A stretch of 64,000 bases of DNA, from positions 1,536,001 to 1,600,000 of the forward strand of contig OZ242383.1 of NCBI GenBank assembly GCA_965209155.1, read 5' to 3'. The stretch is from a bacterium (GTDB lineage: Bacteria; SAR324; NAC60-12). This document shows, in pieces, positions 9,321 through 18,596 of the stretch. The position numbers and the translations under genes are program-made. The notes beneath the pieces are model-generated. The model saw only the letters and a list, made by a program, of their open reading frames with translations, did no database searches and was not told where the DNA came from. The stretch's first letter is position 1. Every line of letters begins with the position of its first letter.

Positions 9321-10352
9321 ATGCAAACGTATATTATCAGAAGACTGCTCCTGGTGATCCCCACCCTCCTCATTGCCTCGGTGGTCGTCTTCTTCAGCGT
9401 GCGTTTCATCCCAGGCGATGCCATCGACTTGATGGTGCCCAATTATGCCCAGTTCAATACGGGACGTGATGATGTATGCGCGGGGGCTTTCATTAGCGAT
9501 CAAGAGGAGGAGACGGATTCGACAAAGGCTGAGGAATGCGTGGATCCCCTTGACGCGCTGAGGGGCCACCTGGGGTTGGACCTGCCCACTCATGTTCAGT
9601 ACGGGAAGTGGTTGGCCGGGTTGATGCAGGGGGACCTGGGAAATTCCATCTGGACCAATATTCCCGTCCTGGAAGATATCCTGATCCGACTTCCCGTTTC
9701 CATTGAACTGACTCTGCTGACCATCCTCTTGTCCTTAGTGATCGCGCTACCGGTGGGGATTTATTCCGGGATTCGGCCTGAGACCAACTCGGATTATCTC
9801 TTGCGAAGTTTTGCCATCTTCCTGATCACCGTCCCCTCGTTCTGGGTGGCCACCTTGGTCGTGGTCCTCCCGGCCCTCTGGTGGCAATGGACGCCCCCGA
9901 TTGCCTACATCCCTTTTTTTGAAGACCCCATCGAGCACCTGAAAATGATGCTCCTCCCGGCCTTCATTATGGGGATGTTGTTCTCCGGTGGCACCATGCG
10001 GATGACCCGCACCATGATCCTGGAGGTGCTCCGGCAGGACTACGTGAGAACCGCTTGGTCCAAAGGGCTGCGGGAGCGAATCGTGGTCTTGAGACATGTG
10101 CTGAAGAATACCTTCATCCCGCTGGTCACCATCCTGGGATTGCAGATCCCCTACATGATTGGCAGTGCAGTGATCATCGAGCAGATCTTTTCGCTTCCTG
10201 GCGTCGGCCAACTCATGTTCAACGCGCTGACGCGTCGCGACTATCCGATGGTTTCCGGCATCAATATCACCCTGGCGTGTATGGTGCTCTTCATTAACCT
10301 GCTCGTGGACCTCAGCTACGCCTGGCTGGACCCGCGGATCCGCTTCAGGTAA
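9321..10352 (+). CDS. ABC permease, DppB/OppB type (module 1)
   Basis: YIIRRLL; EAA-loop variant DYVRTAWSKGL; LDPRIR. Confidence 0.93.
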   Translation: MQTYIIRRLLLVIPTLLIASVVVFFSVRFIPGDAIDLMVPNYAQFNTGRDDVCAGAFISDQEEETDSTKAEECVDPLDALRGHLGLDLPTHVQYGKWLAGLMQGDLGNSIWTNIPVLEDILIRLPVSIELTLLTILLSLVIALPVGIYSGIRPETNSDYLLRSFAIFLITVPSFWVATLVVVLPALWWQWTPPIAYIPFFEDPIEHLKMMLLPAFIMGMLFSGGTMRMTRTMILEVLRQDYVRTAWSKGLRERIVVLRHVLKNTFIPLVTILGLQIPYMIGSAVIIEQIFSLPGVGQLMFNALTRRDYPMVSGINITLACMVLFINLLVDLSYAWLDPRIRFR

Positions 10353-10415
10353 TGGTTCGCTCCATTCATGCGAAAGTAAAATTGTGACGATGTACCAGAT
10401 ATAGACAGCAAACCA

Positions 10416-11381
10416 ATGGCCTTAGAAACTGAATCATTGAGCACCGAAATAACCACTTCCACGAAAAAAAGTGGACTACGGGAATTTTTTACCCGGTTGT
10501 TCCGCGAGAAAAAAATAGGAGCTCTCGGGGGCCTGCTGGTTTTGATATTTCTGCTCGTCGGCATTTTTGCAGACTTTCTGGCCCCCCACAGTATCGATAA
10601 ATTCAGTATTCGCCACAGACTGGACGCACCCACTTCGGAATTTATCCTGGGGACGGATAATCTCGGACGAGACGTTTTCAGCCGGGTCATCCACGGGGCC
10701 CGCATCTCGATGATTGTCGGGTTGGGCGCGAGTGGACTTCATATTGTGATTGCAGTCTTGCTCGGCCTGATTTCCGGCTACTGGGGCGGGAAGTTCGACA
10801 TCCTCCTGCAACGGTTGGTCGATGCTTTCATGACCTTTCCTGCGCTGTTCATCATCATCACCTTCATGGCCGTTTTGCCCCGGGGGATGGTCTCGGTCAT
10901 CATTGTGATCGGAGTGTGGTGGGGGATTAACGGGACTCGCATCATTCGAGGCGTGGTGCTCAGCGCTAAGGAAAACGTGTACGTGGAGGCAGCCCGGGCG
11001 GTGGGCTGTGGCACCTGGCGGATCCTCTGGCGGCATATCCTGCCTCAATTGGTCGCGCCCATTATCGTCATGTTCACCATTGCCCTGGGAAGCGCCATTC
11101 TCACCGAAGCCGAAATCAGTTTCCTCGGATTCGGCATTCCGCCACCCCAGCCCAGTTGGGGCGGCATGCTCAGTCTGGAAGGCCGCAAATACATGTTGCA
11201 GGCCCCCTGGTTGGCCTTGTGGCCCGGTGTCTGTCTGGCCATCGTCGTGTTCGGTATCAACATGTTCGGCGACGCCTTGCGCGACCTGCTCGACCCCCGA
11301 CTGAAAGGGGGGGCGGGACGTTTCGGCGCTGCCAGGAAAGCGATCCGGAAGTTTTATAAGCAAATGAATAAATCCTCATAA
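10416..11381 (+). CDS. ABC permease, DppC/OppC type (module 1)
   Basis: LGTDNLGRD, YVEAARAVG, PSWGGML, GDALRDLLDP. Confidence 0.93.
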   Translation: MALETESLSTEITTSTKKSGLREFFTRLFREKKIGALGGLLVLIFLLVGIFADFLAPHSIDKFSIRHRLDAPTSEFILGTDNLGRDVFSRVIHGARISMIVGLGASGLHIVIAVLLGLISGYWGGKFDILLQRLVDAFMTFPALFIIITFMAVLPRGMVSVIIVIGVWWGINGTRIIRGVVLSAKENVYVEAARAVGCGTWRILWRHILPQLVAPIIVMFTIALGSAILTEAEISFLGFGIPPPQPSWGGMLSLEGRKYMLQAPWLALWPGVCLAIVVFGINMFGDALRDLLDPRLKGGAGRFGAARKAIRKFYKQMNKSS

Positions 11382-11457
11382 AACGTCATGAATTCCAAGT
11401 CTACCCAAGATTGGACCTGTTTGATCAAAAGGGTCCCGGTGATAAAAAAGATAAGTC

Positions 11458-12483
11458 ATGACTGAGAAACTCAGGTTCGGAATGGTCGGAACCGGCCTAA
11501 TCGCGGGTTTCATTGCTAAATCGATAACCTCATCGAAGGGGGCAACGCTTGCAGCAGTTTCCAGTCGCAAGCAGGAAAGGGCTCAGGCTTTCGTGAGCGA
11601 TATTGAAGGTGCCGCAGCGGTCGAAGGGGTTAAAAACCTGCTAGCTCGTGAAGACGTGGATGCCGTGTATGTGGCCACTCCCACCTCAGCAAAAGAAAGC
11701 ATCGCCCTTGCCGCGATTGCGGCAGGGAAGCATGTTCTCGTTGAAAAGGCATTCATTGATGCTGGTTCGGTGAAGCGAATGGCCGTAGCGGCGGCGTCCC
11801 AAAACGTACTGTTCATGGATGCGACTCACTTTGTGCACCACCCGCGCACTGCAGCGATCCGGAAGGAGATCTCCAACTTGATTGCATCCCCCCTGTCGCT
11901 TCACACGACCTTCTGCTTTCCATTCTCTGATCGAAGTAGTATCCGCTTTGACCCTACCCAGGAACCGGCCGGTGTTCTTGGCGACTTGGGATGGTACCCG
12001 ATGCGGGCTGTCGTGGAATACCTGCAGCCGTCAGGAGAGTTGACTACGGTTGCTGCGGTGGCGGAGCGAGACGCCGAGACCGGTTCGGTTATCCGCCTCA
12101 CGGGTCTGGTCGGCTTCTCAAGCGGCGAAACATCGACATTTGATATTGGTTACACTGCTGGCGCAGTAGTTTATGATCTGAGTTTGCTGGGAACGGCAGG
12201 CATGATCGTGATGGACGATTTCGTGTTGGATTGGAACAACAGTATTTTATTCCAGAACCCGGACATCCAGTGCGGTTACATTCACCGAAAGGGAATGGCT
12301 ACTCGTCAGGATTTCACCTTTATCGAGACCCCTTCGAAAGTTCCGGCAGATGTGTTGATGATCGAACGCTTCACCGATCTCGCGAACTCAAACGACCGCT
12401 CCGCCCAGGTCCAATTCACAGACGCCTCCCTGCAAACCCAGAGTTATCTCGATGCGATATGGGAGGCAATCAACCAGGAGTGA
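11458..12483 (+). CDS. Gfo/Idh/MocA family oxidoreductase
   Basis: GMVGTGLIA Rossmann motif; GKHVLVEK. Confidence 0.88.
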   Translation: MTEKLRFGMVGTGLIAGFIAKSITSSKGATLAAVSSRKQERAQAFVSDIEGAAAVEGVKNLLAREDVDAVYVATPTSAKESIALAAIAAGKHVLVEKAFIDAGSVKRMAVAAASQNVLFMDATHFVHHPRTAAIRKEISNLIASPLSLHTTFCFPFSDRSSIRFDPTQEPAGVLGDLGWYPMRAVVEYLQPSGELTTVAAVAERDAETGSVIRLTGLVGFSSGETSTFDIGYTAGAVVYDLSLLGTAGMIVMDDFVLDWNNSILFQNPDIQCGYIHRKGMATRQDFTFIETPSKVPADVLMIERFTDLANSNDRSAQVQFTDASLQTQSYLDAIWEAINQE

Positions 12484-12732
12484 CAGCTGCTTTGCGTCTC
12501 TGGTTCGATCTCAATCTGAAGAAATCGATGGCATTCTGAGTCGTTCCCTCGGGGAATCGCGCAGTGATCGTGGCGTTGGAATGGCGGTGAAAGCCCCGCC
12601 TTCCCAACGGCCGCCACTCCAGGGCCCCATTTCGAGCGACCGCTTTCAAATGGAAACAGAATGTGAGCCTATATCATCAGGTGCCTGCTGTGGATGATCC
12701 CGACGTAGTTGTTAGTTACCATCCTGGTGTTC

Positions 12733-13089
12733 CTAATGATCCTTTTCTTCTTTTTTTATTCGCTCGATCGTTTTTTTTAGCCCTTCTTTGAGTTTTGGTA
12801 ATTCTTCTTTAATCACCTGCCATACGATTTCATAATCCACCTCGAAGTAAGCATGTATTAATTTATCTCGCATTCTTGCCATCTCACTCCAAGGCAATGA
12901 TTCAAATTTTTGAATATACTCAGGAACTTGTTTTGCAGCCTCTCCCATGATTTCAAGTTTTCTGACAACAGCGCTTTTTGTTTTGTCATCCTGATTGAAT
13001 TCATCAAAGTCCTGTCCATTCGTAAAATCTTCGATGCTTTGAATGCAATCAAAAATATCCTGCGCAAACAGAGAATAATTTCGGTTCAT
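12733..13089 (-). CDS. HEPN/DUF86 RNase toxin (HepT-like)
   Basis: RX4H motif RDKLIH; EIMGEA. Confidence 0.9.
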   Translation of the reverse strand: MNRNYSLFAQDIFDCIQSIEDFTNGQDFDEFNQDDKTKSAVVRKLEIMGEAAKQVPEYIQKFESLPWSEMARMRDKLIHAYFEVDYEIVWQVIKEELPKLKEGLKKTIERIKKEEKDH

Positions 13090-13379
13090 ACGTAAATCAC
13101 TTCCTCGAGAATTTGTCCTTTTAGCTCCTTTCGGAGAGCGTTGGAACGTACTAAATCTACCTTTATATTTAAACAGTTTTCTAAATACTGTTCTAATCGT
13201 AAAAAACTAAATAAATCGGGGGTCTCTTCAAATTCAACCAAAATGTCAATATCACTTTTTTCATTCTGTTCCCCTCTCGCATAAGAACCGAATACTCCTA
13301 AATTCTGTACTTTAAATTCCTGATATAGCTCATTTTTATTCTGCTTTATGATTTCCTGAATTGTATTAAAAGATAACAT
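13086..13379 (-). CDS. Minimal nucleotidyltransferase antitoxin (MntA-like)
   Basis: FGSYARGE...SDIDILV; overlaps the HEPN gene. Confidence 0.92.
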   Translation of the reverse strand: MLSFNTIQEIIKQNKNELYQEFKVQNLGVFGSYARGEQNEKSDIDILVEFEETPDLFSFLRLEQYLENCLNIKVDLVRSNALRKELKGQILEEVIYV

Positions 13380-13522
13380 GGTCGAGTCTCCATAGAAAAA
13401 GTCCTACCAATATTATTTTTCTTTCCATTTTCTTATTATATCAACTATGGGGGTTAATTTCGAGAAGCTTCCATATTGCTCTGCCAAACGCCAAGGTCAC
13501 TTGCGCCTTCCTGACAATGACC

Positions 13523-14104
13523 GAGGAGCAAAAAATCGATTGACCTCCTTTAAATATTGTTATAGAGAGAGGATACTGAAGGGGATCATGAAATCTACCA
13601 GGATTATGCCATCATCGTTCTTTTGTGATCGTTTTTAAGAAATCGCCTTCGGCTGGAGGTATTTAAGAATTTCGGCTTGTTTTTCGTTTTCTTTTGATTG
13701 ATAAATTTCAATGAAATTGCCTTGGGCTAAAGGTTTTCTTTCAATTTTGCTCCTATTGATTGAGCAGAAAGACATGCAAACCTCATCTCCTCCCCAACGG
13801 TTTTTCAGAAACGGTCAAGGGGGAATTGAAAAGTGCCAAAAACGTTGACTTCTGGCTCTCACTATGAAAAAAACAGTTTCGTTGATCATCAGAAGACACT
13901 CATGAGTGAATGAGATTCCCCGTTCAAAAAAAGCTTGACCATCATTTGCAGATCGATTATACAATATTTAATTCAAAGGACGAAAGGGCAATAAGGTGAT
14001 CCTTCACTTTGCTGCTCGTCGAACCGTCAGGATGACAGGAAAGTCTGAGATTAACCCGTTTCAAGAATAAAAAACATCTTGATAATGAGGTTGTTATGAG
14101 AGTA
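13523..14104 (+). repeat. ~580-bp non-coding leader block, copy 1
   Basis: Colinear and highly similar to 25892-26468; 3' part also present from 38284. Confidence 0.9.
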
Positions 14105-14108
14105 AACT
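14079..14108 (+). promoter_or_regulatory. Putative sigma70 promoter
   Basis: TTGATA-18 nt-TAAACT; same position as TTGACA-17-TATCAT in copy 2. Confidence 0.6.
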
Positions 14109-14116
14109 TAAAAGCC

Positions 14117-14165
14117 AGCTCCCAGCTCCCAGCTCCCAGCTCCCAGCTCCCAGCTCCCAGCTCCC
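14117..14165 (+). repeat. (AGCTCCC)7 heptamer array followed by degenerate 7-mers
   Basis: Seven exact units; 7-bp periodicity continues to ~14240 and at ~14455-14505. Confidence 0.95.
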
Positions 14166-14290
14166 TAATAAGTTCTGAGCACCAAGATCCTGGTTCCCAG
14201 TTCCCAGTAATAAGTTCCAAACTCTCAGTTCCTGGTACTTTTGGGCAAAAGCGTGGACATGTTTTTCACTTTCTGACCATTCGCGCAGTT

Positions 14291-14404
14291 GTCATTCCGG
14301 GCGAAGACCCGGAATCCAGGGTCCGTTTCGATACCCTGGATCCCGCGTTCGGCAGTTTTTATTGCCCACACTGCGGCCAAACTGCTTCTCTGCGCGTGAA
14401 TGAC
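14291..14404. repeat. RPE/REP-like palindromic element inserted in the leader
   Basis: GTCATTCCGGG..CCCGGAATCCAGGG..CCCTGGATCCCGCG...CGCGTGAATGAC. Confidence 0.75.
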
Positions 14405-14511
14405 TTGGAGGGTATGAACGGACTTTCACCGCGGTGTACTGGTTTCCCGTCACAAGCTCCTGGTACCAAGCACCCAGTTTCTAGTTTTAAGTTCCCTGTT
14501 CCAAGTGTACG

Positions 14512-14665
14512 GGTTCATTGGGTTGTCCCCCCTTATCCCATCTCGACTTCAGGGAGAGATCCTTGAAGTTGCGCCTCAGTTCATTTCAGTAAATGGAAAT
14601 TCCTCGAGCAAATTGAAAGCTCAAGGTTCATGGCCCCATCCTGGAGCCAATGGATCGGTTTTTTT
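14512..14665 (+). ncRNA. Candidate structured leader RNA (motif B), copy 1
   Basis: Closing stem GGTTCATTGG/CCAATGGATC, internal stems and T7 tail; covaries with 26562-26737. Confidence 0.6.
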
Positions 14666-14723
14666 GATAGGGTAATATTCATGGTGAATATTGCTTTTTT
14701 AACTTTTTATATTAGAGGTCAAA

Positions 14724-16601
14724 ATGAAAACAATAATCAGAAGCATAGTCGAGAACGGGCTTTCGGAAATGAAGGCAGGTTTTAAAGCAACCCGAAATCT
14801 TATTTTTAATCAAAAAAAAGAAAGGAAAAAGATGGAAAATCAAAAAAGCAAATCAACCTTCAGTGCCATCCTGCTCTCCCTCACCCTGGTGGTGGCCGCC
14901 CTCTGGGTCAGCCCAGCCGTCGGGGCTGAGAAAAAGATGGTCAAAGATCCGAGCACAGGTAAAATGGTGAGTGCACCTGAGTACGGCGGGAGAATAACCG
15001 CGTGGGCGGGCGCCGGTTGGACTAAGGCGCCTAGTGACCCCTATTTCGGCAGCTGGCCGCACGTGATACTCTCGGGTGTGAATGAGAAGCTGGGCATCCC
15101 GAACTGGGCAATAGATAGAGACGTATGGGACCTTACCGCGGCCTACTACCCTCTGTCGGTCATGACGGGGAGGCTGGCGGAAAGCTGGGAAACGCCCGAC
15201 CCACTGACGTATGTCTTCAACATCCGCAAGGGCGTTCACTGGCACAAGAAGGCACCAATGAACGGCCGTCTCTTGACGGCGCGGGATGTTGAATGGAACT
15301 ATCACCGGATGTTGGGTCTGGGCGAGTTTACCGACGCCGGACCGACTGCCTTTGCCGCCCAAGTCACCGGCATCCCATTCGAATCGGTAACGGCAACCGA
15401 CGATTCGACGGTTGTGATGAAGCTGAAGGAGCCATTCCTCGATGCGCTGGGGATTATGCTCGGCCACAACTCTACTTTCATAGTGCCCCGCGAGGTCATC
15501 GAGCAATACGGCGACATGCAGGATTGGCGGAACGTGGTCGGCACCGGGCCCTTTGAGCTGGCTGAGGTTGTCGATGGGAGCAGTTTCACCTATGTCAAGA
15601 ATCCTGACTACTGGGGCTATGACGAAAAGTACCCGGAGAACCGCCTGCCTTACGTTGACGAGGTAAGGGTCCTTCCTATGGGAGAGGACGCAACAATTAT
15701 GGCGGCACTACGCTCAGGCAAGCTTGATTACATACACTATCTCATTAATCTGGACTCGATACTGAGCCTCAAGCGGACCAACCCCGAAATCGCGGTGCAC
15801 ACGATTCTGTTTCGGTCGCAGAATTCTTTTGCTCCTAACCTGCGCGTGCCGCCCTTTGACGACATCAACGTGCGACGGGCGATGCAGATGGCGCTGGACA
15901 ACGAAACTGCGGTGGCTACGTTCTGGAAGGGTGAGGCAGATGCGACACCTTTCGGGTGGCAAGGGGTGAAAGGGTATCACATCCCCTTCGAGGAGTGGGA
16001 CGAAGAGGTCAAGCAATACTACAGGTATGACCCGGAAGCTGCCGAGAAGCTCCTCGATGAGGCTGGGTATCCGCGCGGCGCGGACGGCACTAGATTCAAG
16101 ACCGTCTTGAGTCAGAGCCAATATCATGTCTTGGACTTTTCAGAAATAGCGGTCGCCTACTGGGCTGAGATTGGCGTCGATGTTGAGATTGAGGTAGTTA
16201 CCAACGCCGAATATCAGGAAATGAGCGGGCGTACTAATAAAGGCATGATAAGTTCGATTGGGGGCAGCCTGTATGACCCTGTCGCTTTCGTAGGCTACCT
16301 TCGATCGGATTCAACAAACAACCGCTGGTTACATCAGTGGCCTGAGTTGGACGCCATGGTTGACACCGCTCTGACCGCGACTACCCATGAGGAGCAGCAG
16401 CGGCTGATTGTAGAGGCAGATATGTACGTAATAGAGAAGCACTGGCAGATATGGGGTCCCAGAAGTCCAACGTTCATGGTGGCCCAGCCGTGGCTCACAG
16501 GCTATAGCGGTGAAATTGGCCACTGGGCGGTAGGCGACCAGTGGACCACCCATTCCCGCCTCTGGATTGATAGTGAGCTGAAGAAAGAGATGGGGCATTA
16601 G
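14724..16601 (+). CDS. ABC SBP family 5 (module 2); signal peptide starts at ATG 14832
   Basis: APEYGG, LAESWE, GTGPF, NPDYW motifs. Confidence 0.92.
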   Translation: MKTIIRSIVENGLSEMKAGFKATRNLIFNQKKERKKMENQKSKSTFSAILLSLTLVVAALWVSPAVGAEKKMVKDPSTGKMVSAPEYGGRITAWAGAGWTKAPSDPYFGSWPHVILSGVNEKLGIPNWAIDRDVWDLTAAYYPLSVMTGRLAESWETPDPLTYVFNIRKGVHWHKKAPMNGRLLTARDVEWNYHRMLGLGEFTDAGPTAFAAQVTGIPFESVTATDDSTVVMKLKEPFLDALGIMLGHNSTFIVPREVIEQYGDMQDWRNVVGTGPFELAEVVDGSSFTYVKNPDYWGYDEKYPENRLPYVDEVRVLPMGEDATIMAALRSGKLDYIHYLINLDSILSLKRTNPEIAVHTILFRSQNSFAPNLRVPPFDDINVRRAMQMALDNETAVATFWKGEADATPFGWQGVKGYHIPFEEWDEEVKQYYRYDPEAAEKLLDEAGYPRGADGTRFKTVLSQSQYHVLDFSEIAVAYWAEIGVDVEIEVVTNAEYQEMSGRTNKGMISSIGGSLYDPVAFVGYLRSDSTNNRWLHQWPELDAMVDTALTATTHEEQQRLIVEADMYVIEKHWQIWGPRSPTFMVAQPWLTGYSGEIGHWAVGDQWTTHSRLWIDSELKKEMGH

Positions 16602-16623
16602 AAGCCATGTTAAAACCTTGTTT

Positions 16624-16657
16624 CCCCTCCCCTGGCGGGAGGGGTTAGGGGAGGGGG
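16624..16657. repeat. REP-like hairpin element between SBP and permease
   Basis: CCCCTCCC..GGGAGGGGTTAGGGGAGGGG; near-identical copy at 40630-40664. Confidence 0.7.
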
Positions 16658-16663
16658 TTTCCC

Positions 16664-17665
16664 ATGAGAGCCTATATCATCAGGCGGTTATTGCTCATCA
16701 TCCCCACCCTGTTTATCTTGAGCATCCTGGTCTTCCTCTCGGTGCGCTTCCTCCCCGGCGATGTCATAGACGCAATGTTGGGTAAGCCGGAATTCATCGG
16801 TCTTGAGCTAGACCGAGAAGCTGTTGAGCGTATACTGGGACTAGATGTGCCCGTCTACGTGCAGTATGGACGCTGGATAGGAGTGTTGCCGACCCCTGAT
16901 TGGGTTACCGGTGAGTCCCACTTGAAAGGTATCCTCCAGGGCAGCCTTGGCCATTCACTGGTTGGCGGCCGTTTTCCGGTAGAGGATGAGATCATAGGGC
17001 GATTGCCGGTAACCGTTGAGCTTGGCGTCATGGCAATCGTCATCGGGCTGGTGATCGCCCTGCCGGTCGGCATCTACTCGGCGATTCGCCAGGATACCGC
17101 CGCCGACTACGCGGGGCGCTCCTTCGCCATCGTCGGTCTGGCAACGCCGAACTTCTGGCTGGCCCTGATGGTCATGATCTACCCCACCATCTGGTGGGGT
17201 TGGACGCCCCCGTTGGAGTGGGTTCCTTTCACAGAAGACCCGCTGGGGAATCTCTGGGGGCTCTTCTTCCCCAGCCTGATTCTGGGAACGGCCTCCTCTG
17301 CCGCCACCATGCGGATGATGCGCACGATGATGCTGGAGGTCTTAAGGCAGGACTATATCCGAACCGCCTGGTCCAAGGGGCTCAAGGAGCGGCTCGTGAT
17401 CATCCGGCACACCATCAAAAATGCCTTCATCCCGGTGGTCTCCCTGATCGGCCTGCAGTTGCCGATCCTGGTCGGGGGCGCGGTGATCATGGAGGTCATC
17501 TTCAACCTGCCGGGGATTGGTCGGCTCCTTCTGCTTGCCCTCGATGACCGAGACTACCCGATGGTCTCCGGAATCAACCTGTTTTTCGCCACCGGGGTGG
17601 TGCTGCTCAATCTCCTCATCGACCTGATTTATCCCTATTTGGACCCGAGAGTGAGATATGAGTGA
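16664..17665 (+). CDS. ABC permease, DppB type (module 2)
   Basis: DYIRTAWSKGL, LDPRVRYE. Confidence 0.93.
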   Translation: MRAYIIRRLLLIIPTLFILSILVFLSVRFLPGDVIDAMLGKPEFIGLELDREAVERILGLDVPVYVQYGRWIGVLPTPDWVTGESHLKGILQGSLGHSLVGGRFPVEDEIIGRLPVTVELGVMAIVIGLVIALPVGIYSAIRQDTAADYAGRSFAIVGLATPNFWLALMVMIYPTIWWGWTPPLEWVPFTEDPLGNLWGLFFPSLILGTASSAATMRMMRTMMLEVLRQDYIRTAWSKGLKERLVIIRHTIKNAFIPVVSLIGLQLPILVGGAVIMEVIFNLPGIGRLLLLALDDRDYPMVSGINLFFATGVVLLNLLIDLIYPYLDPRVRYE

Positions 17666-18596
17666 ATCCAAGCGACGAGGCCGGTTTGCGGATTTCTTTA
17701 TCAGACTGTGGCAGGAGAAGCCCCTGGGCACGATCAGCGGGCTCATCATCTTGCTCCTGATTGTGGTGGCCATCTTTGCCGATGTGTTGACCCCTTATGG
17801 TTATGATAAACTCAACCTGGCAGACCGGCTGCAAGGGGCTTCCACCCGCTATCTTCTGGGGACCGACCAGTTGGGCCGAGACCTCCTGAGTCGCCTCATC
17901 TTCGGGGCTCGTATTTCTTTGGTGGTGGGTCTGGCCGCAACCACGCTCAATGTGTTGGTCGCACTTCTCGTCGGCGGCACTTCCGGATTCCTGGGGGGAA
18001 AAGTGGACCTGGCAGTGCAGCGCTTTGTCGATGCCTGGATGGCCTTCCCGGGACTGCTGCTCTTGCTGACCATCATGTCGGTCGTGGGGCAGGGCTTGCT
18101 TCAAATCATCGTGGTCCTGGGGGTCGCCGGCGGCATCGGGGGCTCCCGCGTCATACGGGGTGCGGTGATCGGCATCAAAGAGAATGATTATTTTCTGGCC
18201 GCCCGGGCAGTGGGCACCCCCACGGGTCAGATCCTGACTCGCCATGTATTGCCCAATATCATGGCACCGATCATCATCGTCTTCTCCATCAACATTGGCG
18301 GGGTCATCATTGCCGAAGCATCGTTGAGCTTCCTCGGATTCGGGCTGCCCATCAAGGTTCCCAGTTGGGGCGGCATGCTCAGCCGGGAAGGGCGCCGCTT
18401 CATGGAGCAAGCGCCCTGGTTGGCCTTCTGGCCGGGGCTGTTCCTGACGATTGTCGTCTACTCCCTCAACATGTTCGGCGATGCGGTGCGGGACCTGCTT
18501 GATCCCAGGCTGAAGGGCGGTCAGGGAAGTTATGGCACCACGAGGATGAAACGCAAACGAGGATTCCTCGCCAGACTGATCAACCCGATAGTGTAA
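17658..18596 (+). CDS. ABC permease, DppC type (module 2)
   Basis: LGTDQLGRD, PSWGGML; last codons probably replaced by an IS256 end. Confidence 0.93.
   Translation: MSESKRRGRFADFFIRLWQEKPLGTISGLIILLLIVVAIFADVLTPYGYDKLNLADRLQGASTRYLLGTDQLGRDLLSRLIFGARISLVVGLAATTLNVLVALLVGGTSGFLGGKVDLAVQRFVDAWMAFPGLLLLLTIMSVVGQGLLQIIVVLGVAGGIGGSRVIRGAVIGIKENDYFLAARAVGTPTGQILTRHVLPNIMAPIIIVFSINIGGVIIAEASLSFLGFGLPIKVPSWGGMLSREGRRFMEQAPWLAFWPGLFLTIVVYSLNMFGDAVRDLLDPRLKGGQGSYGTTRMKRKRGFLARLINPIV

Noticed and set aside
12695..12725. Possible attC after the HEPN gene (AACTAAC on the minus strand)
   Set aside because: No complementary L'/R' arm could be found
14043..14065. CTGAGA..ACCCGTTT resembling a TPP riboswitch
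   Set aside because: Lacks the downstream AACCTGA..GG.TAA..CC core, and CTGAGA is CTGAAA in the other copies
13957..14566. ORFs with ELGAGSW / SSQLPAP repeats (also 38264-38765)
   Set aside because: Open frames arise from the stop-free heptamer repeat on both strands; no protein-family signal
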